Shown piece by piece: positions 11,534 through 22,312 of a DNA stretch of 64,000 bases; the stretch's first letter is position 1, and every line of letters begins with the position of its first letter. Under the pieces are notes generated by a model, which was not told the origin of the DNA, searched no databases, and was given only the letters and a program-made list of their open reading frames with translations. This DNA comes from Akkermansia muciniphila (GTDB taxonomy: Bacteria > Verrucomicrobiota > Verrucomicrobiia > Verrucomicrobiales > V1-33), in the NCBI GenBank assembly GCA_945861415.1, contig CAMAUV010000004.1, positions 75,296 to 139,295 on the forward strand, in the 5' to 3' direction. A program made the translations under genes and the position numbers.

Positions 11534-13792
11534 TTACTCCACCCACGGCCGCGCCTGCTTAAATACGAACTGCCCGGTGCTGGTGATCTTCCATTCGACT
11601 TCGATCGCCCAGCCCGTGCTGCCTCGGTAGAGATCGACGAAGCGGTCGTGGATAGTCTGTAAATAATCGGCCAAGAGTTCCGCCTGAGCTGTCGTCAGCA
11701 CGGTTTGGCCTTCTGGCAGGAGGTTGGAGAATGTCACGTACTGCATGGTGTAGCGGGTGGCTCCCAGCAGACGGGCGATGAGAAACTCCTCAGGAATCTC
11801 GTTGGGATCTGGGTTCGTGACAAGGTTTTCCCCGGCTTGGGCATTCACATAGTAACCGGTCCAGTTGGGGTCGATGATGTTTTTGGAAACGGCGACACCG
11901 TTGGCGCGTTCGTCATCGAAATTCTGCGTGACGAGAATGCCCATGGCCGCCACATAATGATCGACGCGATAGAAATCGCGCTCATCAAAAGCGCGCGCCG
12001 TCCAGAGGCTGGCCCAGACTTTCCTTATGGTATTGCTCAGGTGCCCTTCGTCCGGACGGTGAGTGTAACTGTCATAGAGCCCAGCGCCGCTAAAGCCTTC
12101 AAGGTCTTCGTTGTTGGTGGAGGACCGGCAGCGAATCGGCGTTCCCACGACAAAGTTGTTCTGGAGAGTAGTGATTGCGGTCTCCATTCCCGGGGTCAGC
12201 GTGCCTTCTTCAATAGTATCCCGGAAATTCTCCAGCGCCCGCTCCCGGTAGCCGGCGTCAGCTGCGAACAGCGGGTCGGCCATCATGGATTGCGCCACGA
12301 CGTAAAAGCCGTTGGCCTTCATGAATTCATCGTAGAAATAAAATGGGATGCCGTAGCCGTTGGGCACCATGGCCGATGGCAGGAATTTCCGCATTTCGGC
12401 AACGTTCGCCGTCTTTGCTCCATAGGCACCAGAGCTCAAGAATCCCAGCGAACTGAGCGGCAGGATGTTCACCTTCGTCAGGTCGCGGACGGGTACCCTC
12501 GGCTGGGTGGGCCGGAGCGCCTCAAGGTGCTGGTTCACCTCGGCCTGCGTGGCCTCCCGGATATCGAAGCCGCCCGGCAGTGGCTCAAAGCGCACGTATT
12601 TCCCCATGAGCGGTGCAAGCCGTGGATGGCTTATGGCACCTTTGATGTAGGCGTTGGGTGTGTTGTTTTGCTTTGCCTTGAGATTCACGTGCGAGAGCGG
12701 TGTCTGCGGTGTTTCGCTGATGATGCCGGCTGTGCGTGTAATCTCGTTAGGCAGAGAGCGGAAGATGATCACGTCGCGCGCAGTCATCGGCGATGAGCCG
12801 TCATAGACCCGCAGCAATCCGTAGCCGACGCCTGGATTGAGCAGCGAATACGTGCTCTGACCAAAGAGTTCCTCTGTCGTGATGACCTGCATCCGGTTGG
12901 TCCGAGCGCCGTTGAACTGAGTGAGTTCGTTTTTGTAAAGTGTGCGCTGTGTCTGGCTGGCGGCATGGTAGGCGAGGCGAACGTCCAGAAAGGGCAGCGC
13001 TCTGCTGACTAGATCATAGGCCATTTGCACAAATGGATAGCTCACTGGATCGCTGGGCCAGAACTCCATGGTCACGACGCCGGCTTTTCCTCCCTGAGTC
13101 GGCTGCCATGCCTCGTGCACCACGAGGCTGCCGGCGATCTGTTTGCGTGTGGTGTTAGTAAAGTAGGTTTCGTTGTTGAACGCCGTCACCCCCCCCGTGT
13201 AGCCCAGCACTTCCTGTGCGAAGTAATAGTGATACTCATGGCGATTCACGTTCAGCAGGTAGAGTTGCGGACGGACTGTGTTCGCACCCATGATGAGAAA
13301 CTTCACTTCGCGCACATTTGCTGCACCGGGGAAGTTGTCGCGGTGTGACATCGCGTAAAACGCCTCCTGCGTCTTCACGATAATGGCCCCGTCCGTGGAA
13401 GCGATGGTGCGCGCCGGATTAAGGGGGTTTCCATCCGGGGATTGCATCTCCGCGAGATCGCTGGTGCCGTCCCCGTCCGTATCAAGTGGTGCGGTGACCG
13501 GCACGCACTTCACCTTAAAGAACGCCCGGCGCTGTGCCTGAAGGTTGTCGTAAAGCCTCATTTCACCCGCGGTGCCCATCGCCATGGCTGCCGGAAACGT
13601 GCATTCATTCGGCTGCGGGCCCCGCAGCAAAATATAGTAGTAGCCAGGGTCTCCGTGCACAGTGGCCGCTATGCGTCCGCGTGAGTCGTATCCGGCACGG
13701 GATAATGTGTAGTCATCGGCGGGCGCTCCGCTGCAAGCCTGCGCAGCACCCGCAAAGCCGATGAAGCGAAGGATTAATTGGGTGGGACGCAT
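11534..13792 (-). CDS. secreted protein with a PEP/pyruvate-binding (PPDK_N, ATP-grasp-like) domain and a TSP3-type Ca-binding repeat
   Basis: Signal-like MRPTQLILRFIGFAGAAQACSG. It carries DTDGDGTSD, then GAKTANVAEM and RCRSSTNNEDLEGFSGAGLYDSYTH, which resemble the PPDK_N nucleotide-binding signatures. No phosphohistidine swivel or PEP-utilizer C-domain is present. Start is uncertain (13792, 13810 or 13882). Confidence 0.75.
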   Translation of the reverse strand: MRPTQLILRFIGFAGAAQACSGAPADDYTLSRAGYDSRGRIAATVHGDPGYYYILLRGPQPNECTFPAAMAMGTAGEMRLYDNLQAQRRAFFKVKCVPVTAPLDTDGDGTSDLAEMQSPDGNPLNPARTIASTDGAIIVKTQEAFYAMSHRDNFPGAANVREVKFLIMGANTVRPQLYLLNVNRHEYHYYFAQEVLGYTGGVTAFNNETYFTNTTRKQIAGSLVVHEAWQPTQGGKAGVVTMEFWPSDPVSYPFVQMAYDLVSRALPFLDVRLAYHAASQTQRTLYKNELTQFNGARTNRMQVITTEELFGQSTYSLLNPGVGYGLLRVYDGSSPMTARDVIIFRSLPNEITRTAGIISETPQTPLSHVNLKAKQNNTPNAYIKGAISHPRLAPLMGKYVRFEPLPGGFDIREATQAEVNQHLEALRPTQPRVPVRDLTKVNILPLSSLGFLSSGAYGAKTANVAEMRKFLPSAMVPNGYGIPFYFYDEFMKANGFYVVAQSMMADPLFAADAGYRERALENFRDTIEEGTLTPGMETAITTLQNNFVVGTPIRCRSSTNNEDLEGFSGAGLYDSYTHRPDEGHLSNTIRKVWASLWTARAFDERDFYRVDHYVAAMGILVTQNFDDERANGVAVSKNIIDPNWTGYYVNAQAGENLVTNPDPNEIPEEFLIARLLGATRYTMQYVTFSNLLPEGQTVLTTAQAELLADYLQTIHDRFVDLYRGSTGWAIEVEWKITSTGQFVFKQARPWVE

Positions 13793-13930
13793 GACGGTAG
13801 TCAACCACATCTCCGGTCTTTTGAGAAGTTTTTCCTTTTGTTTTTTGAGGTGCGCAAAGCAGGACCGGTTTTGCCAGTCCAAGGGGAAAAAAATGAAGTG
13901 CAGCTTCTGTCTCCATAGTTATAATGCGGC

Positions 13931-16900
13931 ATGAAATTCCGCTCATCGCTCCCAGTTCTGCCTCTGCTCCTGCTGGGTTTGTGTTACGTTCTTGTGCGCT
14001 CGAAGGCGCAAAAGCCAACCGCGTCATTGCGGGCTGGCGCCGCCGTGGTGGACATTTCGCCGCAGAAATCTCCCGTCCGCGTGAACGGCATGTTCACCGA
14101 GCGCACGGCGGATAAAGTGGTGGACCCGCTCACCGCCCGCGCGCTGGTCCTTGATGACGGAGGCACGCGGCTCGCGCTTTGCGTGGTGGATACTTGCATG
14201 ATGCCTCGCGACCTCATTGATGCCGCAAAGAAGCAGGCGTCGGAGGCGACAGGCATCCCCGCCGGCCACATGATGGTCTCGGCCACGCACACCCATAGCG
14301 CGCCTTCCGCCATGGGTTGCCTCGGCAGTCGCATGGACCCCGGCTATGCTGCCATGCTCCCCGGGAGAATCGCACAGGCCATCACCGCCGCCGTGGAGAA
14401 TCTCCAACCCGCGCGCGCGGGTTGGACTGCCTTCGATGACCACGATCACACGTTCAATCGCCGGTGGATTCGTCGGCCTGACCGGATCCCCACCGATCCC
14501 TTCGGTGTGCCCAATGTTCGCGCCAATATGCACCCGGGGCATCAGTCGCGGGACGTCACGGGTCCCAGCGGCCCAGTCGATCCCCAGCTTTCCCTGCTCG
14601 CCGTCGAGACCGCCGATGGAAAGCCGCTCGCGTTGCTGGCCAACTATTCCATGCACTACTACGACTCGCCGCTGCTCTCGTCGGATTACTATGGGCGCTT
14701 CAATGTTCATATCGCGCAGATGCTCGGTGCCCGGGAGAAGTTCGTCGGCATCATGTCCCAGGGCACCAGCGGCGACCTAATGTGGATGGATTACGGCGCT
14801 CCACGGCAGCAGATCGGCTACGACGCTTACGCCAAAGAAATAGCCACCCGCGTCGCCGCCGCTTATAAGAAGATCGAGTGGAAAAGCACCGTGCCGCTCG
14901 CCGCCGCGGAGAGCGTGCTAACATTGAATTATCGCACTCCCGAGCCCGCACGCATCCAATGGGCGCAGGCCATCAAGACCAAGCTCGGCGACCGACTCCC
15001 GCAGTCCCAGCAGGAAATCTACGCGCTCGAGTCCCTCATCCTCCACGAGCGCCAAACGGCCGAACTCAAACTCCAGGCCCTCCGCATCGGCGACCTCGGC
15101 ATCGCCGCCCTGCCCAACGAAGTCTTCTGCCTGACCGGCCTGAAGCTCAAGGCCCGCAGTCCTTTTCCGCTCACGATGAACATCTCTCTCGCCAACGGAG
15201 CCGACGGTTACATCCCTCCGCCCGAGCAGCACGCGCTGGGCGGCTACACCACATGGCCAGCACGTACCGCTGGCCTGGAAGTGCAGGCCGAGCCGAAGAT
15301 CACTGCCGCGCTCCTCTCCTTGCTGGAGAAAGCCTCCGGCCAGCCCGCCCGCAAAGAGCAGCCCTCCGAGACGGATTACTCCAAAGCCGTCACCGCCCTG
15401 AAGCCTGCCGCCTTCTGGCGCATGGAGGAAATGGACGCCGGCACCGCGCAGGACAGTGCTGCCAGGAAAGATGCTGCCATTGAGCCAGGAGTGGCCGTGT
15501 ATCTGCCTGGTGCGGGAGAGCCTGCGAGCCGGGCGTTTCATTTTGCCGGTGGCCGGGTGAAGTCGCAGGTGAAACTCGGGGATAACTACAGCGTCGCTTT
15601 CTTTATGTGGAATGGCCTGCCTGTCGATGTGCGGACGGTTACGGGTTATGCCTTTTCGCGTGGCAGGGACGGTGACAAGGACCACGGCGAGCATCTCGGC
15701 ATCGGCGGCACGCATACGGCGGAGGCGCAGGGACGGCTAATTTTATTCAATGGCAATACGCCCGATCAGCTTCTCACCGGAAAGACAAAGCTCGCGCTGA
15801 AAGCATGGCACCATGTGGTGCTCGTCCGTGAGGGCACAAAGGCGCGTGTCTATCTCGATGGCAAGGCCGAGCCGGACCTGGAGGGCGAGCTGCCGGTGAA
15901 GATCGAAAGCGATGACGTCTTCGTCGGCGGGCGCGCGGACAACTTCGCCAATTGGGAGGGGAAACTGGATGAGTTCGCGCTCTTTGACCGTGCGCTCATC
16001 GTGGAGGAAATCACGGGGCTTTACCAAGCGTCTGGCCTCAAGCCGCCGGCGGTCGCGCAGGCCGTGCCTGAATTCCCGCCGCTCTCGCCGGAGGACGCAT
16101 TAAAGAGCATTCATGTGCCGGAGGGATTCAAAGTCGAACTCGTCGCCTGCGAGCCTAACGTCATCGACCCCATCGCCATCGACTGGGACCTCGCGGGCCG
16201 GCTGTGGGTGGTGGAAATGGCGGACTATCCCAGCGGCATGGACAACAACGGCAAGCCTAGCGGTCGTGTACGAGTGCTGGAGGACACGGACGGGGATGGC
16301 CGGTATGAAAAGAGCACGCTCTTCGCTGATGGCCTCAATTTTCCCACCGGTCTGCTCGCATGGCGCGATGGAGTGATCGTCACCGCCGCGCCGGATGTCC
16401 TGTTTCTCAAGGACACGAACGGTGACGGCAAAGCGGACAGCACGGAGAAGCTCATCAGCGGCCTCAGCGAGGGTAATCAGCAACTGCGCGCCAATGGGCT
16501 TCGCTGGGGGCTTGACAATCGCGTCTATTGCGCCGCGGGCGGGCATCACGGCGGACATGCGGCGGAGACGGTGCTGCGGTCGCACAAGGATGGGAAGGAG
16601 GAGAAAATCGGGAGCCGCGATTTCAGCTTCGATCCCGACACAGGCAACGTCCGCGCCGAGAGCGGCCCGTCGCAGTTCGGTAGAAACCGCGATGACGCCG
16701 GCCATTGGTTCGGCACCCAAAACAGCCGCGCTCTATGGCACTACGTGATCCCCGACCATTACCTGAAACGCAATCCCTATGTCCCTGCGCCGGACCCGAC
16801 GCATCAAATCCTCCCGCCCAACTCGCAGGTCTATCCCTTGAGCCCGCCGGAGAAGCGCTTTCATTCCTTCGAGGATGCCAGCCATTTCACCTCGGCGTGC

Positions 16901-18943
16901 AGTGGCATGATCTACCGCGACGAACTGCTCTGGCCACGCCGCGACAACGAACTCGATGCCTTCACCTGCGAGCCGTTCCATAATCTCGTGCAGCACAACA
17001 TCCTCGTGGAGGATGGAGTGACGTGGAAAGCCACACGTGCCCCCGGCGAGGAAGAGCACGACTTCTTCGCCAGTAATGACCGCTGGTGCCGCCCCGTGAT
17101 GACCCGCACCGGACCCGACGGCGCGTTGTGGGTGGTGGACATGTACCGCTATATGATCGAGCACCCCGCATGGCTCCCCGACGAGGGCAAAGCGGAGACG
17201 CTTCCCTTCTACCGTCTCGGCGACGACAAGGGCCGCATCTACCGCGTCTTCCGCACCGACAAGCCGCCGCGGAGGCCAAAGCCACTGGATAAGCTCACGC
17301 CGGAGGAACTGGTGAAGGCGATGGAATCACCCAACGAATGGCAGCGGGACAAGGCGCAAATGACGATTGCAGCCCTCAGTGTTTCCCACGGCGACCCAGT
17401 CGATGCTTCGATTCGTGACGCAGCATGGGAATTGCTCAAATCGAAGAACCCTCTGGCGCGCATGCAGGCGATATGGCTTATCACGTCTCTGACACGGCAC
17501 GCGCCGGGCGGTGAGACACTAAAAGATACCGACGCGCGCGTCCGCGAAAATGCGATCAAGGCAGACAAGGATCTGGTGCCCGGGTTTTTGGATCTCGCGG
17601 ATGACCAGTCCATTAAAGTCAGACTGCAATTCGTGCTTTCGGCGGGCAATTGGCCGCACTTGGGAGAACCGCCCACTGAAGAGTGGGTTGCGCAACTTAG
17701 GAGCGGGGTAGTTCGGATCGCCATCCGCGACCATGCAGATCCCTGGATGCGCGCCGCGGTGATGACTAGCGCCGTGCCACACTGCAGGGCGCTGTGTGAG
17801 GGCATCGCGGCGGCAGGCGGTGAGGCCTTCTCGGCGTATGCTGATGACCTTTCGAAGCTCGCCCTAGCCCTAGATGACCGCGATTCCCTCGCGGCCATGT
17901 TGCGCCCTATGTTAACTGCGCAAAGCGGTCGTTACAGCGCAGACCAGATCCAGGCCTACAGAAAGCTTTTGGGATTTCTGGGGCACGAAAAATTCAGTCG
18001 GTTCGTTTCCGCGAGAGAAGATGAGCTCTCCCGATGCCTTCGTCAGGGATACAGCCTTGTCATGTTCTGTAAGACTGTCTTGCCGGATGAATCGTTTCCC
18101 GTTGAAGTCCGCGCAGCAGCAGCGGGGCTGCTCCTCAGCCCGCTCGCCAAAGAACTGCGAGAACCGGCAGCATTGCAATTACTGGCAGGCTGGCTGTCGC
18201 CCGCACACGACCAGAAGTTACAATTGCTAGCCGTCCGCACTCTGGAATCCTGTGTGGATGATGCTATTCCCGCCGCCGTGCTTCCGAGATTGGCGACGCT
18301 CTCTCCAACCGTGGGCAACGTCGCGGTGGACGCGATGCTCACCCGTGAACCTTGGGCACTGGCGTTGCTGGAGCATGTTAAGGCGAATCCCGCAAATATG
18401 CTGGATGCCACGCAGCGCGCGCGGCTGGCGCAGCATTCTTCAAAGAAAGTCCGCGACCTAGCGATGGCGGTGTTGAAGATGGAGTCCTCGCGGAAGGAAG
18501 TGCTGGAGCAGTTCCGCCCGGCGCTGTCGCTCAAGGGCGATGCCGCGCGAGGGAAGACGGTGGCCATGCGCTGCATCGCCTGTCATCAGGTGGACGGCGC
18601 GGGGCTGGCCATCGGGCCCGATTTGAAATCGGTGGCCAATCACCCGGCTGAGAAACTGCTGACGAACATTGTCGATCCGTCGCTTGACGTGCAACCCGGC
18701 TACTTCGCCTTCAATGCGAAGATTAAGGACGGCAGCACGCTCTACGGCCTCATCACGTCCGAGACTGGCAACAGCGTGGCCTTCAAACTCCCCGGCGGCA
18801 GCACACGGCTCATCGCGCGCAGTGATCTGGCCGATTTGAAAAGCACCGGCCAGTCGCTGATGCCGGCAGGACTGGAGGCAGGCATGAGTGTGCAGGAGAT
18901 GGCGGACCTTATCGCGTGGCTGAAGGATCAGAGTGGAAAATGA
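13931..18943 (+). CDS. neutral-ceramidase-like N-terminal domain + LamG-like domain + PVC-type dehydrogenase beta-propeller + HEAT repeats + C-terminal c-type cytochrome
   Basis: 1670-aa ORF with a signal peptide. Ceramidase-like block (AGAAVVDISP...MVSATHTHSAPS), a LamG-like block (WHHVVLVREGTKARVYLDG) and a propeller core ([41 protein letters not shown]). The C-terminus has CIACHQVDG with a downstream Met (GQSLMPAG). Confidence 0.85.
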   Translation: MKFRSSLPVLPLLLLGLCYVLVRSKAQKPTASLRAGAAVVDISPQKSPVRVNGMFTERTADKVVDPLTARALVLDDGGTRLALCVVDTCMMPRDLIDAAKKQASEATGIPAGHMMVSATHTHSAPSAMGCLGSRMDPGYAAMLPGRIAQAITAAVENLQPARAGWTAFDDHDHTFNRRWIRRPDRIPTDPFGVPNVRANMHPGHQSRDVTGPSGPVDPQLSLLAVETADGKPLALLANYSMHYYDSPLLSSDYYGRFNVHIAQMLGAREKFVGIMSQGTSGDLMWMDYGAPRQQIGYDAYAKEIATRVAAAYKKIEWKSTVPLAAAESVLTLNYRTPEPARIQWAQAIKTKLGDRLPQSQQEIYALESLILHERQTAELKLQALRIGDLGIAALPNEVFCLTGLKLKARSPFPLTMNISLANGADGYIPPPEQHALGGYTTWPARTAGLEVQAEPKITAALLSLLEKASGQPARKEQPSETDYSKAVTALKPAAFWRMEEMDAGTAQDSAARKDAAIEPGVAVYLPGAGEPASRAFHFAGGRVKSQVKLGDNYSVAFFMWNGLPVDVRTVTGYAFSRGRDGDKDHGEHLGIGGTHTAEAQGRLILFNGNTPDQLLTGKTKLALKAWHHVVLVREGTKARVYLDGKAEPDLEGELPVKIESDDVFVGGRADNFANWEGKLDEFALFDRALIVEEITGLYQASGLKPPAVAQAVPEFPPLSPEDALKSIHVPEGFKVELVACEPNVIDPIAIDWDLAGRLWVVEMADYPSGMDNNGKPSGRVRVLEDTDGDGRYEKSTLFADGLNFPTGLLAWRDGVIVTAAPDVLFLKDTNGDGKADSTEKLISGLSEGNQQLRANGLRWGLDNRVYCAAGGHHGGHAAETVLRSHKDGKEEKIGSRDFSFDPDTGNVRAESGPSQFGRNRDDAGHWFGTQNSRALWHYVIPDHYLKRNPYVPAPDPTHQILPPNSQVYPLSPPEKRFHSFEDASHFTSACSGMIYRDELLWPRRDNELDAFTCEPFHNLVQHNILVEDGVTWKATRAPGEEEHDFFASNDRWCRPVMTRTGPDGALWVVDMYRYMIEHPAWLPDEGKAETLPFYRLGDDKGRIYRVFRTDKPPRRPKPLDKLTPEELVKAMESPNEWQRDKAQMTIAALSVSHGDPVDASIRDAAWELLKSKNPLARMQAIWLITSLTRHAPGGETLKDTDARVRENAIKADKDLVPGFLDLADDQSIKVRLQFVLSAGNWPHLGEPPTEEWVAQLRSGVVRIAIRDHADPWMRAAVMTSAVPHCRALCEGIAAAGGEAFSAYADDLSKLALALDDRDSLAAMLRPMLTAQSGRYSADQIQAYRKLLGFLGHEKFSRFVSAREDELSRCLRQGYSLVMFCKTVLPDESFPVEVRAAAAGLLLSPLAKELREPAALQLLAGWLSPAHDQKLQLLAVRTLESCVDDAIPAAVLPRLATLSPTVGNVAVDAMLTREPWALALLEHVKANPANMLDATQRARLAQHSSKKVRDLAMAVLKMESSRKEVLEQFRPALSLKGDAARGKTVAMRCIACHQVDGAGLAIGPDLKSVANHPAEKLLTNIVDPSLDVQPGYFAFNAKIKDGSTLYGLITSETGNSVAFKLPGGSTRLIARSDLADLKSTGQSLMPAGLEAGMSVQEMADLIAWLKDQSGK

Positions 18944-19047
18944 AGCGCTTGCGGAAAGCCTGGCCACGTGCCCGGGGACTGGCTTCGTATCCCCATCCCC
19001 CTAATGGAAAAGTAGGGACAATAGGCCAATAGATGGCGGGTAGGGCT

Positions 19048-19439
19048 TATTGAGAAGGGGGATTCTGCCTGCGGGAGTTGAGGCGGGCTTTACTCATCTG
19101 TTCTTTGATGCCGCCGGTCTTTACGAAGTCCTGCTGGAGGCGGATGAGATACCGATTGAGCAGGTAGTTCGTCTAATGGAGCGGGCAAATGGCGATGGTC
19201 TCGGCGCGGCGAGCTTCGACGAATTCGGAGGAGATAACTGCGGCTTTGCTGCCCCTCGCGATGTTGTGTTTTCCGGACCGCGCCGCCTAAATCATCTGAT
19301 CCACCGTGCGGTCGCCTTTCTGGACGAATCGCCGACAGAAATTGCAGGTGAGGTCAAAGAGGATCTCGGACTTCCGGTAAGCAAGGAGATCGCGGTAGGT
19401 ACCCTTCTTCGTGAGGAAGGTGTGCTCCTCTGGTGGCAT
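19048..19439 (-). pseudogene. four-helix-bundle (suffix-domain type) protein, disrupted by two in-frame TAG codons and possibly an internal deletion
   Basis: Minus-strand reading gives MPPEEHTFLTKKGTYRDLLAYRKSEILFDLTCNFCRRFVQKGDRTVDQMI*AARSGKHNIARGSKAAV...AETIAICPLH*TNYLLNRYLIRLQQDFVKTGGIKEQM. This matches my recollection of the family motifs DQMxQAARSGxQNIAEGS and HQxNYLLDxQ. The stops are at 19287-19289 and 19173-19175, both where Gln is expected. Confidence 0.6.
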
Positions 19440-19510
19440 GGTGATACAAAAATAGGCCGTACATGCCGCATAGGGCATATAGGGCCTATAACACTAGTTC
19501 AGCCCGAGGA

Positions 19511-22312
19511 CTACTTCTTCTTGGCAGCCTTTTTCGCAGGAGTAGCTGCAGCCTTGGCGGCGGCCCGCTTTTCCTCGATGGCGGCCTGGGCTGCGGCGAG
19601 GCGGGCGACAGGCACGCGGTAGGGAGAGCAGCTCACGTAGGCGAGGCCGATCTTGTGGCAGAACTTCACGCTGTCCGGATCGCCGCCGTGTTCACCGCAG
19701 ATGCCGAGCTTGATGCCCGGGCGGGTGGCGCGGCCTTTGGTGACAGCGGTTTGCATGAGCTGGCCGACGCCAGTGGTGTCGAGCGTGGCGAACGGGTTCT
19801 TCTTGAAGATCTCGTTCTCAGTGTAGGGCATGAGGAAGGAGCCCATGTCGTCTCGGCTGATGCCGAGCGCGGTCTGTGTGAGGTCGTTGGTGCCAAAGCT
19901 GAAGAACTCAGCGCCCTGGGCGATCTCGTCGGCGGTGAGAGCGCCGCGCGGGACTTCAATCATGGTGCCGACTTGGTAGGAGAACTTGATCTTCTTCTCG
20001 GCCATGACCGCGGCGGCCACGCGGTGGACGATCTCGGCCTGGAGGTCGAACTCTTTCTTGAAGCCGACGAGCGGGATCATGACCTCGGGTTTCACGGGAA
20101 TCTTCTTCTTCGCCACGTCAGCGGCGGCTTCGAAGATAGCGCGGGCCTGCATCTCGGTGATCTCAGGATACGCGATGCCGAGACGGCAGCCGCGGTGACC
20201 GAGCATTGGGTTAAACTCGTGAAGTTGGGCAACACGGGCTTTCACCTTGTCGGTTTTCACACCCATTTTCTTCGCGAGATCAGCTTGGGCCTTCTCCTCG
20301 TGCGGCACGAACTCGTGCAGCGGCGGGTCGAGCAGACGGATGGTGGCGGGCAGGCCCTTGAGGGCCTTGAAGATGCCGGTGAAGTCCTTACGCTGATATG
20401 GGAGGAGCTTGGCGAGGGCCTTCTTGCGGGCATCCACGGTTTCGGCGAGGATCATTTCACGGACGGCGTCAATGCGGTCACCTTCGAAGAACATGTGCTC
20501 GGTGCGGGTGAGGCCGATGCCTTGAGCGCCGAACGCGATGGCCTGAGCGGTTTGCTCTGGATTGTCGGCGTTGGTGCGCACTGCCAAACGGGTGGCCTTG
20601 GAGCACCAGTCCATGAGCTGTTTGAACTGAGCGAACTTCTCGGTCTTGGCTGCAGCTTTGTCGCCGAAGAGCAGGCCCATAACGATGGAGGAGGGACCGG
20701 TCTTGATTTTTCCGCCGTAGATCGTGCCGGCGGTGCCGTCGATGCTGAGGCAGTCGACGCCTTCCTTGAAGGTCTGGCCGGCAATTTTGACGGTCTTCTT
20801 GTCATAGTCGATGTCCACGGCGCTGGCGCCGCAGATACAGACTTTGCCCATCTGACGGGCGACGAGAGCGGCGTGGCTGGAGACGCCGCCTTTTGCGGTG
20901 AGGATGCCGACGGCAGCGATCATGCCGCGGAGATCTTCCGGGCTGGTTTCGTTGCGAACGAGTAGCACGTCCAAGCCCTTTTCGGCGGCGGCGGCAGCAC
21001 GGTCAGCATTCAGGTAAATGACACCGGAAGCTGCTCCCGGACCTGCGGGCAAACCGGAGGCGAGGATCTTCGCTTTCTTGATTTCCGCGAGGTCGAAGTC
21101 GGGAGCGAGGAGCTGCTCAAGCTGATCAGCCGGGTTGCGCAGGATGGCGGTTTCCCAGTCGATGAGTTTCTCCTTCACCATGTCACTGGCGAACTTGAGG
21201 GCGGCGGCGGCGGTGCGCTTGCCGTTGCGGGTCTGAAGCATGAACAGCTTGCCTGCCTGGATCGTGAATTCGACGTCCTGCACGTCCTTGAAGTGCTTCT
21301 CGAGAGTGGCGCGGACTTTCATCAGCTCGGCGAAAGCCTTAGGCATCGCGGCCTTGAGCTTGCTGACCGGTTCAGGGGTCCGCACGCCGGCGACGACGTC
21401 TTCGCCCTGTGCGTTGATGAGGAACTCACCGTAGAATTCGTTGACGCCGTTGGCCGGGTTGCGTGTGAAGGCCACGCCGGAACCGGAGTCGTCGCCGGTA
21501 TTGCCATAGACCATCGCCTGAACGTTGACGGCAGTGCCCCACTCGGCGGGGATGTTATACTTGCGGCGGTAAACGATCGCGCGGTCGTTCATCCATGAGC
21601 CAAAGACCGCGCCGGCAGCGCCCCGGAGCTGGTCCCACGGATCGTTCGGGAAGACTTTGCCGGTGCGCTCTTTCACCAGAGCCTTGAATTGCTTTACCAG
21701 TTCCTGCTGGTCGGCAGCAGTCAGATCGCTGTCCACGATTTCCTTACCATATTTGTGGTGCTTGAAGCTTTCGATGACGACCTCGAAAGGCTCGTGGTCT
21801 TCGCCCTCTCGCTTCTGCACGCCGAGCACGACGTCGCCATACATCTGGATGAAGCGGCGGTAGCAGTCCCATGCGAAACGCTCGTTCTTTGTTGCGGCGC
21901 TCAGGGCGAGCACGGTCTGGTCGTTGAGACCGAGGTTCAAAATCGTGTCCATCATACCGGGCATCGAATCGCGCGCGCCGGAGCGCACGGCCACGAGTAG
22001 TGGCATGCCTTTAGCATCGCCAAACTTGCAGGCCATGATCTTTTCCATGTTCTTCACGCCGGCTTCCATTTGTGCTTGGAGGTCCTTCGGATAGGTCCTC
22101 TTGTTGGCGTAAAAGTAGGTGCAGACTTCCGTGGTGATGGTGAATCCGGGAGGTACAGGGAGATTGATGCGGGTCATCTCAGCGAGATTTGCGCCTTTGC
22201 CGCCGAGGAGGGCTTTCATGGAGCCGTTGCCGTCGGCCTTGCCGGCACCCCATGTGTAAACGACTTTGGTGGACTTGCCGGAGGACTTCGCGGCGGATTT
22301 CTGAGCAGGCAT
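19511..22312 (-). CDS. ppdK: pyruvate, phosphate dikinase
   Basis: [23 protein letters not shown] (phosphohistidine region) and [10 protein letters not shown]. Start taken at MPAQKS (22312) rather than the ORF-track 22423. It carries an unusual Ala/Lys-rich C-terminal tail ([21 protein letters not shown]). Confidence 0.95.
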   Translation of the reverse strand: MPAQKSAAKSSGKSTKVVYTWGAGKADGNGSMKALLGGKGANLAEMTRINLPVPPGFTITTEVCTYFYANKRTYPKDLQAQMEAGVKNMEKIMACKFGDAKGMPLLVAVRSGARDSMPGMMDTILNLGLNDQTVLALSAATKNERFAWDCYRRFIQMYGDVVLGVQKREGEDHEPFEVVIESFKHHKYGKEIVDSDLTAADQQELVKQFKALVKERTGKVFPNDPWDQLRGAAGAVFGSWMNDRAIVYRRKYNIPAEWGTAVNVQAMVYGNTGDDSGSGVAFTRNPANGVNEFYGEFLINAQGEDVVAGVRTPEPVSKLKAAMPKAFAELMKVRATLEKHFKDVQDVEFTIQAGKLFMLQTRNGKRTAAAALKFASDMVKEKLIDWETAILRNPADQLEQLLAPDFDLAEIKKAKILASGLPAGPGAASGVIYLNADRAAAAAEKGLDVLLVRNETSPEDLRGMIAAVGILTAKGGVSSHAALVARQMGKVCICGASAVDIDYDKKTVKIAGQTFKEGVDCLSIDGTAGTIYGGKIKTGPSSIVMGLLFGDKAAAKTEKFAQFKQLMDWCSKATRLAVRTNADNPEQTAQAIAFGAQGIGLTRTEHMFFEGDRIDAVREMILAETVDARKKALAKLLPYQRKDFTGIFKALKGLPATIRLLDPPLHEFVPHEEKAQADLAKKMGVKTDKVKARVAQLHEFNPMLGHRGCRLGIAYPEITEMQARAIFEAAADVAKKKIPVKPEVMIPLVGFKKEFDLQAEIVHRVAAAVMAEKKIKFSYQVGTMIEVPRGALTADEIAQGAEFFSFGTNDLTQTALGISRDDMGSFLMPYTENEIFKKNPFATLDTTGVGQLMQTAVTKGRATRPGIKLGICGEHGGDPDSVKFCHKIGLAYVSCSPYRVPVARLAAAQAAIEEKRAAAKAAATPAKKAAKKK

